Counted from the first letter of the stretch, positions 30,766 to 40,755 are shown. The stretch is 64,000 nucleotides of DNA from Candidatus Entotheonellaceae bacterium (GCA_965238075.1 OZ250173.1:224001-288000), one strand, 5' to 3'. Translations and numbers: made by a program. The notes: generated from the sequence alone by a model not told the origin.

Positions 30766-31086
30766 TGAACCCGCGCCATGCAGCCTCACTTTACCAGGCT
30801 CTCGGAGCGGCTGAGGCTCGGCGTCTAGCTGAGCGGCTGGAGATTCACCGCACGCCCAAGCGCGACAGTTGGCTGAACACGGCGGGGCTAGAGATTGGGG
30901 TGGTTGCGCAGCAGTGCCTGGACCGTCCCATTCCGGGGCGCGAGGTCCTGCGGTGCGAAGTTGACGCTTGGCAGAACCGTCGCGACCAGAACACCGTTGG
31001 GGGCAGACCCGCGTTTCACGACCGCGGATGCGCACAATAGACTGAAGTCGCTATGCCGGAACAATACGATCGTGTTGGACTACTAG
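30765..31086 (+). mobile_element. IS630-family transposase C-terminal remnant
   Basis: Reads LNPRHAASLYQALGAAEARRLAERLEIHRTPKRDSWLNTAGLEIGVVAQQCLDRPIP...RFTTADAHNRLKSL (family pattern HYTPKHGSWLNMAEIE). Ends GACTACTAG. Confidence 0.85.
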
Positions 31087-31541
31087 GCACCGAAACGAAC
31101 TTCGGCTACCGGGTCGCTGTACTCGACACCTTTGGTGGACCAGAAGATGGTGGCAATTTCGTCCACGGCAGCGACCAGCGCTTTGGCGTTCTCCATGCTG
31201 ACGGTCTGCTTGCACTGGCCTGCGAGCTTGAGGGCGGCGTTGAATTTGCCGGCGATTTCGTTGGCGTCGACGCCGGGCCAGCCGTAGTCTGCCCAGAGGA
31301 TGCGAAGCTCGTGCTTGCAGAGTTCCGCGTGCTCTTCCTTGACCGTAACATAGCGCCCGAGAGTGTTGGCGGATGCGACGTCGCCCGTGTCTTCCAGCGA
31401 CTGGATGCGGAGGATCATCTTCTGCACGGTCTGTGCCGCAATTTTCGCGGAGATGGGATCGTAGATTCCACAGGGGATGTCACAGTGTGCGCTGGCTGTT
31501 CGGATGGAGAATAGACGCTCGACAGTCGATTTTACGCTCAT
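31083..31541 (-). CDS. sodN: Nickel superoxide dismutase precursor
   Basis: Leader peptide followed by the Ni-hook HCDIPCGIYDP; KEEHAE..K.EL..LW.DY. Confidence 0.96.
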   Translation of the reverse strand: MSVKSTVERLFSIRTASAHCDIPCGIYDPISAKIAAQTVQKMILRIQSLEDTGDVASANTLGRYVTVKEEHAELCKHELRILWADYGWPGVDANEIAGKFNAALKLAGQCKQTVSMENAKALVAAVDEIATIFWSTKGVEYSDPVAEVRFGA

Positions 31542-31667
31542 TTGAACCTTCCTTTCGGGGAGTTGGAAACTTGGTGAGGGGATACAATAAACGCCATTTT
31601 TGTGCAGTGCAAGGGGTTGCCGCTTCTAGCGGCTCTCTGCACGGGGTCGATGAAGGGGTGGTTTGGC

Positions 31668-32141
31668 ATGTCTGCCAGATTTCTGTTGTACAGGGTACGA
31701 GGTCAGAGCATGGCGCCAACACTGCGTCAGGGGGACTATGTACTGGTAAGCGCATGCGAAGACCTAGCGCGAGCGCCGAAGCGGGGCGATATCGTTGTTG
31801 TCGCAACGGACGAGGGAAGGTACGTGAAGCGCGTCGTAGGATTGCCTGGTGAGCGCGTGGAATTCACGGAGGGCATGTTGCTTGTTGACGGCGACAGACT
31901 TACAGAGTCTTACCTGCGCGGGCTGCCGCCGTATCTGGGCTTGGACGACTCCGAATTTTCGCTCGCGGTGGACGAGTATTTCGTTATGGGCGACAACCGG
32001 TCGCACAGCGCGGATAGCCGGCATAGTGGTCCGGTCACTCGCTCAAGCATAGAGGGCAGGACACTATGGCGTGTGTGGCCGCCGCTGCGCCGGGGCAATC
32101 GCCCTGGACATTGGAACCGGCCGGGTAACCGGACGGACTGA
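31668..32141 (+). CDS. sodX: S26 peptidase, probable NiSOD maturation protease
   Basis: VRGQSMAPTLRQGD, YVKRV, GDNRSHSADSR. No TM anchor. Divergent from sodN. Confidence 0.75.
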   Translation: MSARFLLYRVRGQSMAPTLRQGDYVLVSACEDLARAPKRGDIVVVATDEGRYVKRVVGLPGERVEFTEGMLLVDGDRLTESYLRGLPPYLGLDDSEFSLAVDEYFVMGDNRSHSADSRHSGPVTRSSIEGRTLWRVWPPLRRGNRPGHWNRPGNRTD

Positions 32142-32309
32142 ACGGGTGGGATTGCCGTCTGATAAACTACGCATAAGGGTACTGGAAACAAATCCAACAC
32201 AGGCAGGGTGTCAAGTTTCATGGGGCGCGCTGAACTGCGAGGGCAATAGCCTAGATGGGTGCCGCGCCGGGGACTTTCAACATGATGCCAAACTGGAGGA
32301 GAGGTCAGG

Positions 32310-34082
32310 ATGGCAATCCATCACCAGAGCGAGCACACCGAAGTTGACCACAGCACCGGCCGGCCGGTGATTCGCGGCCGTAACGGCATCGTTTCCACCG
32401 GCCACTATCTGACCTCCATGGCGGCGATGCGCCAGTTGCTGGCCGGCGGCAACGCTTTCGACGGCGCCGTGGCCGCCTGCCTGACGGCAGCAGTCGTCGA
32501 ACCCACAGCCTCCTATTCGCTGGCTGCCGAGGGGGTCGGCATGTTTTTCCACGCCGCCAGCGGGCAATTGTCGGCGGTGAGCGGTCAGGGTGTGGCGCCG
32601 CAGCTTGCCACCGTTGAGACGTTTCGGAGCCGCGGGCTGGAGAAAATTCCCACCGGGCCGGGGCCGCAGGCGCACCTGTCGTTCACCGTGCCCGGCGTGG
32701 TGGCCGCGTGCTTCCGTCTGCTCGAAACCTACGGCAGCAAAACCCTGGCGGAGGTGCTGGCTCCGGCCATCGACTACGCCGAGCAGGGTTTTCCGATGTA
32801 CGAAACCATGCACCGCCTGCTGGGCAGTCCGGACACCAGGGCCCAGTTCGACTTGTACCCACCCGGCGGCACGGACGTGTTTTACCCCGGAGGCTCGGTG
32901 CCGGCGGTCGGCGAACGGTTTGTGCAGCCCCAACTCGCCGCCACCTTGCGCCTGCTGGTGCAGGCCGAGGCGAAGGCCAACGGCTCGCGGCGGGACGGCC
33001 TGCAGGCGGCGCGAGCGGTGTTTTACGAAGGGGAAATTGCCCGCCGCATCGCCGCGTTTTCCGAACGCTGCGGGGGTCTTTTGCGGCGCGACGATTTGGC
33101 CGCCTACCAGGCGCGTATTGAAAATCCCATCGAAATCCGCTTCGCCGGCCACTCGATTCATACGCAATCGACCTGGTCGCAGGCCGGCGTTCTGCTGCAA
33201 ACGCTCAATATGCTTGGGCACCTCGACCTGCCTGCTCTGGGGCACAATTCACCTGCCTACGTGCACACCGTCACCGAAGCCCTGAAGCTGGCCTTCGCCG
33301 ACCGCGAGTGCTACTACGGAGATCCCGAGTTCGCGGCGGTGCCGATCGACGGTCTGCTGGATGAGGCATATGCCGCGCAGCGCCTGCAAGGCATCGGTGA
33401 GCGGGCTTGCCCAGAGTTGCCCCCGCCCGGCACGCCCTCCGGAGCAACGGGTGTATCGACAAGCCCGCAGCCAGCGGCAGCCGGTGTCCCCGAGGCGGCA
33501 GAAGAAGGCACGACACATCTGGCCGTGATCGACGGTGACGGCAACATGGTTTGCCTGACGCCGAGCGGCGGGGTGTTTCGCAAATCGGCTTTTGCGCCGG
33601 AGCTGGGCTGCACGCTCAGCACCCGCAGCGAGATGTTTTTCCTCGACCCCGATCACCCTAACGGCCTGCAGCCCGGCAAGCGCCCCCGCACCACCTTGGT
33701 GAATTACATCGTCAGCAAGGACGCCCAACCTGTCATGACCTTTGGCTGCCCCGGCGGCGACGATCAGGCGCAGGCCAATTTGCAGTTGATGCTCAACGTG
33801 CTCGTCTTCGGCATGGACCCCCAGCAGGCCGTGGAGGCGCCGCGCTTCTCAACCCAGAGCATGCCCAACTCGTTCTACCCGCGCGCCTACCACCCCGGCG
33901 TCCTCAACCTCGAAACGGGTTTCCCGGACGCCACCGCCGCGGCGCTGGCCGCCAGGGGTCACACCATCAACCGCGTCGGCGCCTGCGGGACTGGCGCGGT
34001 CATCACCCAGCGCGATCCCGACACCGGTATCCTGGCCGCCGGCGCCGACCCCCGCCGCCCGACCTACGCCCTTGCCTGGTGA
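32310..34082 (+). CDS. ggt: Gamma-glutamyltransferase family Ntn hydrolase
   Basis: GGNAFDGAVA, TVPG, LKLAFADR, EEG/TTHL autoprocessing Thr, PGKRPRTT, GCPGGDDQ, ADPRR. Confidence 0.92.
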   Translation: MAIHHQSEHTEVDHSTGRPVIRGRNGIVSTGHYLTSMAAMRQLLAGGNAFDGAVAACLTAAVVEPTASYSLAAEGVGMFFHAASGQLSAVSGQGVAPQLATVETFRSRGLEKIPTGPGPQAHLSFTVPGVVAACFRLLETYGSKTLAEVLAPAIDYAEQGFPMYETMHRLLGSPDTRAQFDLYPPGGTDVFYPGGSVPAVGERFVQPQLAATLRLLVQAEAKANGSRRDGLQAARAVFYEGEIARRIAAFSERCGGLLRRDDLAAYQARIENPIEIRFAGHSIHTQSTWSQAGVLLQTLNMLGHLDLPALGHNSPAYVHTVTEALKLAFADRECYYGDPEFAAVPIDGLLDEAYAAQRLQGIGERACPELPPPGTPSGATGVSTSPQPAAAGVPEAAEEGTTHLAVIDGDGNMVCLTPSGGVFRKSAFAPELGCTLSTRSEMFFLDPDHPNGLQPGKRPRTTLVNYIVSKDAQPVMTFGCPGGDDQAQANLQLMLNVLVFGMDPQQAVEAPRFSTQSMPNSFYPRAYHPGVLNLETGFPDATAAALAARGHTINRVGACGTGAVITQRDPDTGILAAGADPRRPTYALAW

Positions 34083-34153
34083 TAGCCGCACGGGTTGACG
34101 GGTATCGGCACAACGGCCTTGTGCCGTCGAGTGGGAAATATGTGATAACCGAG

Positions 34154-34487
34154 ATGATGCCATTGCCGAGGATCTTGCCGGTTTCTGAGATTCACGAACG
34201 ACTGCAGGTCATTTTCCCGGAAGGAACGCCAAACCGGAATTATGTAACGCGCGAAATCGCGGCGGACGGCGTTGCTAGCTCTGGCCACGGAGGCCGGATT
34301 CCGGGAAGAGCAAGTGGCGTTTGTTACGGCCTTTGCGGACCGCGACAATACGGCGTTCAAGGGTTCCGTCAGCGATTTGGCATGGAAATCGTTTGCTTGG
34401 TTTGCGTCCGAACCGGAACACATCATCATGCTGCATCGAGGTACGAACGTCGAACAGGCCCACCTGTCGGATTTGATGCGCAGTTGA
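34154..34487 (+). pseudogene. Collapsed BsuBI/PstI-family type II restriction endonuclease remnant
   Basis: N-terminus MPLPRILPVSEIHERLQVIFPEGTPNRNYVTREIAA is joined out of frame to C-terminus VAFVTAFADRDNTAFKGSVSDLAWKSFAWFASEPEHII. Confidence 0.7.
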
Positions 34488-34524
34488 TCCGAAGTCGTTC
34501 ATCAAAACTTATGAAGGGGTCCTC

Positions 34525-35253
34525 ATGGCAAACGAACAATTGCGCTCCGAGCTGGCGCCAACCGGCGTGCTGCGGGCGGGCATCAACATGGCCAACTTTC
34601 TGCTCGTTACCGGACGCCGGGACGACGGTGCCCCGCAGGGCGTGGCACCGGACATGGCGAGTGCCGTGGCGGAGCGCCTGGGCGTCGAAATCGCGTTCGT
34701 GCCTTACGACACGCCCGGGCAGCTCGCGGACGACGCAACCAACGGCGTCTGGGATATCGGCCTGATCGGCGCTGAGCCGGCGCGCGCCGAGCACATCGCG
34801 TTTTCGGCTGCATACGTGGAGATCGAGGCCACGTACCTGGTGCCGGCGGGTTCGCCAATACAGGCAATATCCGACGTCGACCAACCCGGTGTGCGCATCG
34901 CGGTAGCGGCCCGCAGTGCCTATGACCTTTACCTGACGCGCAACATTCAGCACGCCGAACTGGTGCGCGTAGCCGGCCTGAACGCCTCCTACGATCTGTT
35001 CGTCAACGACAAGCTGGACGCCTTGGCCGGCCTGCGGCCGCGGCTCATATCGGATGTCGAGAAGCTGGCCGGCGCCCGCCTGCTCGACGGCAAATTCACC
35101 GCCGTGCAGCAGGCCATCGGCACGCCGCGGGGCCGTGAGGCCGCCGCGGCGTTCTTGCATGACTTCGTGGAGGAGGCAAAGGCGAGCGGGTTGGTGGGGC
35201 AGTTTATTGAGCGCCACCGAGTCAGGGGTCTGTCAGTGGCGCCGCCGGCATAA
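34525..35253 (+). CDS. Amino-acid-type ABC substrate-binding domain protein (orphan, no signal peptide)
   Basis: LAPTGVLRAGIN, FSAAYVEIEATYLV, DVDQPGVRIAV, SAYDLYL. Confidence 0.85.
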   Translation: MANEQLRSELAPTGVLRAGINMANFLLVTGRRDDGAPQGVAPDMASAVAERLGVEIAFVPYDTPGQLADDATNGVWDIGLIGAEPARAEHIAFSAAYVEIEATYLVPAGSPIQAISDVDQPGVRIAVAARSAYDLYLTRNIQHAELVRVAGLNASYDLFVNDKLDALAGLRPRLISDVEKLAGARLLDGKFTAVQQAIGTPRGREAAAAFLHDFVEEAKASGLVGQFIERHRVRGLSVAPPA

Positions 35254-35261
35254 GGAGCCGG

Positions 35262-36050
35262 TCAGATGCAGCGGACGCCGCCGCCGTCGACCGGGGTGAT
35301 GGTGCCGGTCATATAGGAGGCCAGCGGCGAAGCGAGGAAAACGGCGAGGCTGGCGACTTCATCGGGCTCGCCGGGCCGCCGCAGGGGGTAGCCCTGCATC
35401 CAGGCGGTTTCGGTTTCCTGCCGGGATTGGCCGCGCTCGGCGGCCATGGTCGCCATGATAGTGTCCCAACGCTCGGTGCGGATGGGGCCGGGATTGATGG
35501 CATTCACCAGGATGCCATGCGGCCCGCCTTCTTCGGCCAGCGCCTTGGTCATGTTCATCAGCGCCGCGTTGGCCCCGCCCCCGGCGATGTAGGCGGCGCT
35601 CGGCTGCCGGCCGGCGGTGCCGATGATGTTGACGATACGCCCGCTGCCCTTGGCCTGCATCAGGGGAAAAATTTCGCGTATCAGCCGGAGGTAGCCGAAC
35701 ACCTTCAAAGACCAGTCGGTCTGCCAGTCCTCGTCCGGCTTGGCCAGCAGCGAGCCAGCGCGGATGGCGCCGGCGTTGTTGACGAGAATATCAAGCGTGC
35801 TGAAGTGGCTGACCGTCTGCTGCACCAGGCTGCGCACGCCGTCCAGTGAGCTCAGGTCGGCGCTCACCGGCAGCACCCGCACGTCGTGGCGCTGATGCAA
35901 ATCCTCGGCCACGGCCTCCAAGAGATCCGCGCCCCGGGCGCAGAGGGCTAGATTGACACCCTCGGCCGCCAAACCCTCGGCAATCGCCTTGCCGATTCCC
36001 TTGCTGGCCCCTGTCACCAGAGCCACCTGCCCGCGCATGTTCAGTTCCAT
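35262..36050 (-). CDS. SDR oxidoreductase
   Basis: TGASKGIG, LVNNAG, NAINPGPI.T, VDGG. The catalytic motif is atypical (YIAGGGAN). Confidence 0.9.
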   Translation of the reverse strand: MELNMRGQVALVTGASKGIGKAIAEGLAAEGVNLALCARGADLLEAVAEDLHQRHDVRVLPVSADLSSLDGVRSLVQQTVSHFSTLDILVNNAGAIRAGSLLAKPDEDWQTDWSLKVFGYLRLIREIFPLMQAKGSGRIVNIIGTAGRQPSAAYIAGGGANAALMNMTKALAEEGGPHGILVNAINPGPIRTERWDTIMATMAAERGQSRQETETAWMQGYPLRRPGEPDEVASLAVFLASPLASYMTGTITPVDGGGVRCI

Positions 36051-36261
36051 GACTGCTTGAATCCTTCCTTGGTTGATTATTGGCGCCGCTGCCATTGCAA
36101 AAATGATCCGTTCCATTTTATAGCCCGACGATTGGCGGACAAAGACAAAAAATAGCACAGAAACGCCACTCACCCGCCCTTTCCTATCCGTGTGGTAAGC
36201 TTTAGCACCCGTGCGTTGCGGGAACATTCCGCCGCCCCCAATCCCTGCTGATACGTGAGCC

Positions 36262-36966
36262 ATGAGCGAATTCCGGGACGCCTTTCGGACCGCTATTTCC
36301 CTGCTCGTGAATTTCGACGGCGACCTGATGGCCATTGTCGGCTTGTCGCTGTTGGTGAGCCTGTCGGCGGTGCTTCTGGCCGCCATGGTGGGACTGCCGC
36401 TTGGTGCGGCGGTGGCGGCATGCCGTTTTCCCGGCCGGCAGGCGGTGCGGGTGCTTCTCAACGCGCTGCTCGGCATTCCGCCGGTGGTCATCGGGTTGAT
36501 CGTCTACCTGCTGCTGTCGCGCGCCGGACCCCTTGGCGCGTTGGGGTTGCTGTTTACCCCAACGGCCATGATTATTGCCCAGTGGTTGCTGGTGACGCCC
36601 ATCATCGCCGCCCTGACGCAGCAGACGGTCAGCGACCTGCACGACGAATACGCCGAGCAACTTCGGTCCCTCGGTGTCGGCTCTTTGCGCGCCATCCCCA
36701 CTTTGCTGTGGGAGGGCCGCTTGAGCCTGTTAATCGCCGTGATGGCCGGCTTCGGGCGGGCCATTGCCGAGGTCGGCGCCGTCATCATCGTGGGCGGCAA
36801 CATCAATCACGTAACGCGCGTCATGACGACCACTATCGCGTTGGAAACCAGCAAGGGCAATTTGGCTCTGGCCTTGGCGCTCGGCATGATCCTGCTGCTA
36901 CTGGCGCTGGCCGTGAATGCCGCCGCCCTGGTTGCGCGGGACGTCGTCAGCCGCCTTTACGGATGA
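36262..36966 (+). CDS. tupB: Tungstate ABC permease
   Basis: PPVVIGL.VY, LLFTPTAMIIAQ, GFGRAIAEVGA..IVGGNI...TRVMTT.IALETSKG. Confidence 0.92.
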   Translation: MSEFRDAFRTAISLLVNFDGDLMAIVGLSLLVSLSAVLLAAMVGLPLGAAVAACRFPGRQAVRVLLNALLGIPPVVIGLIVYLLLSRAGPLGALGLLFTPTAMIIAQWLLVTPIIAALTQQTVSDLHDEYAEQLRSLGVGSLRAIPTLLWEGRLSLLIAVMAGFGRAIAEVGAVIIVGGNINHVTRVMTTTIALETSKGNLALALALGMILLLLALAVNAAALVARDVVSRLYG

Positions 36967-36975
36967 AGGACTGAC

Positions 36976-37731
36976 GTGACAGCGTCCGATACAGAACGCC
37001 AACGTACCGGCGATACCGCCAGCATTTTGCCGCTGCGGGTACGCGACATCTGCTTCGACGCGGGCGGCAAGCGGCTGATTGAGCACATCTCGTTCACGGT
37101 CCATGCGGGGCCATGCCTGATTGTCCTGGGACCCAATGGCGCCGGCAAGAGCTTGTTGCTGCGGCTTTGCCACGGGCTGCTGTCGCCCTCTGAAGGCACT
37201 ATCGAATGGGCCGAAGCCGATCCCATCCGCGCCCGAAGCCAACAAGCCATGGTGTTTCAGCGCCCGGTGCTGCTGCGCCGCTCGGTGGCGGCGAACGCCC
37301 ATTTCGGCCTGCGACTGCGCCGGGTGCCACGGCGGGAGCGGCAGGCCGTGGTGGCCGAAGCCCTGCGACAGGGCGGCCTGAGCCACGTCGCCACCCGCGC
37401 CGCGCGGGTGCTGTCGGGCGGCGAGCAGCAGCGCCTGGCCCTGGTACGCGCCTGGACGCTGCAGCCGCAGGTATTGTTTCTCGACGAACCGACGGCGCAT
37501 CTCGACCCGGCGGCTACGCGGGCCGTCGAAACGCTGCTGAAGCAGTTCCATGCCGCCGGCACCAAACTCATCATGACGACCCACGACCTCGGCCAAGCCC
37601 GCCGGCTGGCCGACGAGGTGCTCTTTCTGCACCGCGGCCGGCTGCTGGAACACAGCCCGGCCGACTCGTTCTTTGCCCAGCCGCACAGCGCCGAGGCGGC
37701 TGCGTTTCTCGACGGGAACCTGCTTTGGTAA
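36976..37731 (+). CDS. tupC: Tungstate ABC ATPase
   Basis: GPNGAGKS, VFQRPVLLRRSV, LSGGEQQR, LDEPT. Adjacent to tupB. Confidence 0.9.
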   Translation: MTASDTERQRTGDTASILPLRVRDICFDAGGKRLIEHISFTVHAGPCLIVLGPNGAGKSLLLRLCHGLLSPSEGTIEWAEADPIRARSQQAMVFQRPVLLRRSVAANAHFGLRLRRVPRRERQAVVAEALRQGGLSHVATRAARVLSGGEQQRLALVRAWTLQPQVLFLDEPTAHLDPAATRAVETLLKQFHAAGTKLIMTTHDLGQARRLADEVLFLHRGRLLEHSPADSFFAQPHSAEAAAFLDGNLLW

Positions 37732-37782
37732 GCACGGGTTGAACCGATGCCGGGAGGAGGCGAGGCATTGCGACCGGTAAGC

Positions 37783-37800
37783 TTATTGACTTGTCAACAA
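37783..37800. promoter_or_regulatory. Palindromic putative operator in front of the MFS gene
   Basis: TTATTGAC-TT-GTCAACAA, a near-perfect AT-rich inverted repeat in GC-rich context. Confidence 0.45.
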
Positions 37801-37801
37801 A

Positions 37802-39028
37802 ATGAAAACGGTGGATTCGATGTCTCGGCTGCATGACCCACACGGTCCAGGCATGCAACTGCCTACCGCATCCAACCCGGCGACGGAACCGCAGTTCCCT
37901 GGCCATCCGGCGGCTCTGGCCTTGGCCGGCCTTGTGTCGCTTGCGGTCGCCATCGGAATCGGCCGCTTTGTCTATACGCCGATTCTGCCTTACATGACCG
38001 TTGGCCTGGAGCTCAGTAAATTGGAAGCTGGCCTGATTGCATCGGCCAACTTCTTGGGATATCTGCTGGGTGCCGTCGCGATGGCATGGCGCGCCTTGCC
38101 GGGGGATCCACGCCGCTGGCTGCTCGGCACCCTGGTGGTGAGCGGGCTCAGCACCGGTGCCATGGCGCTGACAACAAGCCTGGGCCCGTTCTTGCTTCTT
38201 CGTTTTACAGGCGGTGCTGCCGGCGCGCTGGTGATGGTGCTTGCGTCTTCCTTGGTCATGGACCGGCTCGCCGCCGCCGGACGGGCCGGTTGGGCAGCAG
38301 TGATGTATGCGGGGGTCGGCTGCGGCATTGCGATCTCGGCCCTGACGGTACCGGCGATTGCATCGGGAGGTGGCGATTGGCAAGGCCCGTGGCTGCTCTG
38401 CGGTGCCCTTTCCCTCGCCTTGTCGATCCTGGTCGGGGTGCTGTTGCGAACCCCTCCGACTCCTGTGACAGCGGCGATAGGTGCTGGGGCCGATAAGGAG
38501 GAACACGGCCTTCGCCGATTCATTCTCGCCTACGGTCTGTTCGGTTTCGGCTACGTCATCACCGCCACGTTCGTCTCCGACATGGTGCGGGCCGATCCGG
38601 TATTGCAGCCGGCTGAAAACTTGGTGTGGCTTTGCGTCGGACTAACGGCGGCTCCGTCGGTCCCACTTTGGTGTTGGGCCGGCCGTCGTTGGGGCAACGA
38701 GCGTGTCTTTGCGATTGCCTGCCTGGTTGAGGCGGGAGGCGTGGCGCTAAGCGTGTTGGGGGGTGACATTGGGCACCTGCTTCTGGCGGCCGGCCTTCTG
38801 GGCGGGACCTTCGTAGGACTGACCGCGCTCGGTCTCGTGCATATCCGCCGCCTGTCCAGCCGCGACCCGCGCCGCAACCTGGCCCTGATGACCGCCGCCT
38901 TTGGGCTGGGGCAGATGGTAGGCCCGACTCTGGCCGGCGTGCTACACGATTCGCTGGGCAGCTATCTGGCTGCGTCGTTACTTGCCGCGGTTGCTCTTGC
39001 GGCGGCGGCAGCGCTGGCCACCCGCTGA
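37802..39028 (+). CDS. YbfB/YjiJ family MFS transporter
   Basis: GIGRFVYTPILP, ASANFLGYLLGA, YGLFGFGYVITATF; about 12 TMs. The true start may be downstream. Confidence 0.9.
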   Translation: MKTVDSMSRLHDPHGPGMQLPTASNPATEPQFPGHPAALALAGLVSLAVAIGIGRFVYTPILPYMTVGLELSKLEAGLIASANFLGYLLGAVAMAWRALPGDPRRWLLGTLVVSGLSTGAMALTTSLGPFLLLRFTGGAAGALVMVLASSLVMDRLAAAGRAGWAAVMYAGVGCGIAISALTVPAIASGGGDWQGPWLLCGALSLALSILVGVLLRTPPTPVTAAIGAGADKEEHGLRRFILAYGLFGFGYVITATFVSDMVRADPVLQPAENLVWLCVGLTAAPSVPLWCWAGRRWGNERVFAIACLVEAGGVALSVLGGDIGHLLLAAGLLGGTFVGLTALGLVHIRRLSSRDPRRNLALMTAAFGLGQMVGPTLAGVLHDSLGSYLAASLLAAVALAAAAALATR

Positions 39029-39064
39029 ATGGTCCGCCTTCTATAACAATTGAGAAAACGCCCC

Positions 39065-39898
39065 ATGTTTCTCCGCCTGATCATCTGCCTGATCGTCACT
39101 CTCCTGTTCTTACACCCAAATGGCCCCGCCGCTGCCGCGGAACGCTTCATCACTGTCGCCTCGACCACCTCCACCGAGAATTCCGGCCTTTTCCAGGCCA
39201 TCTTGCCGTTGTTCGAGCGCGCTGCCGGCATTGCCGTGCGCGTCGTGGCGGTGGGAACCGGCCAGGCTGTCCGCATGGCAGAACGGGGCGATGCCGATGT
39301 GCTATTCGTCCATCACCAGCCGTCCGAAGAGCAATTCGTGGCCGATGGCTTCGGGGTCAAGCGCCATGACGTGATGTTTAACGATTTCGTGCTGGTGGGC
39401 CCGCGGCACGATCCGGCGGGTATTGGCGGCTTGGCCGACGTTATTGACGGTTTGATGCGGATCGCCGCTCGACAGGCGGTGTTCGTCTCACGCGGCGACG
39501 ACAGCGGTACGCACAAGCGGGAATTGAGTCTTTGGCAAGCGGCGGCAAGCGATGTGGCAGCGGCCAGCGGCACTTGGTACCGCGAGAGCGGCGCCGGTAT
39601 GGGGACAACGCTTAACATCGCCAGCGGCATGGACGCCTACACCCTCACTGACCGCGGCAGCTGGCTCAATTTCAACAATAGAGGCGATTTGGTGGTTCTG
39701 GTGGAGGGCGACCGGCGCCTGTTCAACCCCTATGGCGTCATATTGGTGAACCCGCAGCGCCACCCGCACGTCAAGACGGCGGACGGCCAAACGTTCATCG
39801 ACTGGTTGCTGTCGCCGGACGGGCAAGGAGCCATTGCGGCGTATCGCATCGACGGCCAGCCGGTTTTCTTTCCCAGCGCCGACAAAGACACCCCGTAA
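39065..39898 (+). CDS. tupA: Tungstate ABC substrate-binding protein
   Basis: Signal peptide; STTSTENSGL tungstate motif; VGTGQA; SRGDDSGTH; DRGSW. Confidence 0.93.
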   Translation: MFLRLIICLIVTLLFLHPNGPAAAAERFITVASTTSTENSGLFQAILPLFERAAGIAVRVVAVGTGQAVRMAERGDADVLFVHHQPSEEQFVADGFGVKRHDVMFNDFVLVGPRHDPAGIGGLADVIDGLMRIAARQAVFVSRGDDSGTHKRELSLWQAAASDVAAASGTWYRESGAGMGTTLNIASGMDAYTLTDRGSWLNFNNRGDLVVLVEGDRRLFNPYGVILVNPQRHPHVKTADGQTFIDWLLSPDGQGAIAAYRIDGQPVFFPSADKDTP

Positions 39899-39906
39899 AC
39901 GCTGCC

Positions 39907-40755
39907 TCAGCCCTTCACCGCGCCGGTCATGCCGGAGACGTAATTTTCGACGAAAAATGAATAGACGAAGGCCACCGGGATCGAACCCAACAACGCCCCG
40001 GCCATCAGCGAGCCCCAGAAGAACACGTCGCCTTTCATCAGCTCGCTTACCACGCCGACCGGGATGGTCTTCTGCTGCGGTGAGGAGACGAACACCAGGG
40101 CGTACAGAAACTCGTTCCACGACAGCGTAAACGAGAAGATGCCGGCGGAGAGAATGCCCGGCATGCTGAGCGGCAGGACGATTTTCGTCATGGCCTGCAG
40201 GCGTGTCGCCCCGTCGATACGGGCGCACTCCTCAAGCTCGCGCGGGATGGTCTTGAAGTACCCCATCAGCAGCCAGGCGGAAAACGGTACCAGGATGGTG
40301 GGGTAGGTCAGAATCAGCGCCCAGGGCGAGTCCAGCAGCCGCAGGTTGGCGATCACCGAGGCCAGCGGGATGAACAGCAGGGTGGGCGGCACCAGGTAGG
40401 TGATGAAAATCGAGATGCCGAAGGTCGCCGAGCCCGGAAAGCGCAGGCGCGACAGCGAATAGCCGGCCAGCACGCCGGCGAACAGCGAGATGGCGGTGGA
40501 CGCCGTAGCGATCCACAAGGTGTTCCAGGCCCAGCGCACGAACATGGTTTCCTTGAACAGATAGAACCAGTGCTCCAGGGTGGCCTGCGACACGATGAAC
40601 GGCGAGCGCCGCACGTTGTACAGCTCGAAATCCGACTTGATCGAGGTGATGAACATCCAGTAAAAGGGGAACAACATCGCCGCCACGAACAGAAACAGTG
40701 GGATGTAGAAGACGATCAGCCGTTTCAGTAAAGTCTCGCCAACATACGCTTGCAT
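39907..40755 (-). CDS. Carbohydrate ABC permease (MalG-like)
   Basis: IPRELEECARIDGA, WNEFLYA. Confidence 0.93.
   Translation of the reverse strand: MQAYVGETLLKRLIVFYIPLFLFVAAMLFPFYWMFITSIKSDFELYNVRRSPFIVSQATLEHWFYLFKETMFVRWAWNTLWIATASTAISLFAGVLAGYSLSRLRFPGSATFGISIFITYLVPPTLLFIPLASVIANLRLLDSPWALILTYPTILVPFSAWLLMGYFKTIPRELEECARIDGATRLQAMTKIVLPLSMPGILSAGIFSFTLSWNEFLYALVFVSSPQQKTIPVGVVSELMKGDVFFWGSLMAGALLGSIPVAFVYSFFVENYVSGMTGAVKG

Noticed and set aside
36051-36491. N-terminal extension of the SDR ORF
   Set aside because: It overlaps tupB and the intergenic region; the AAGGAAGGA RBS supports a start at 36050.
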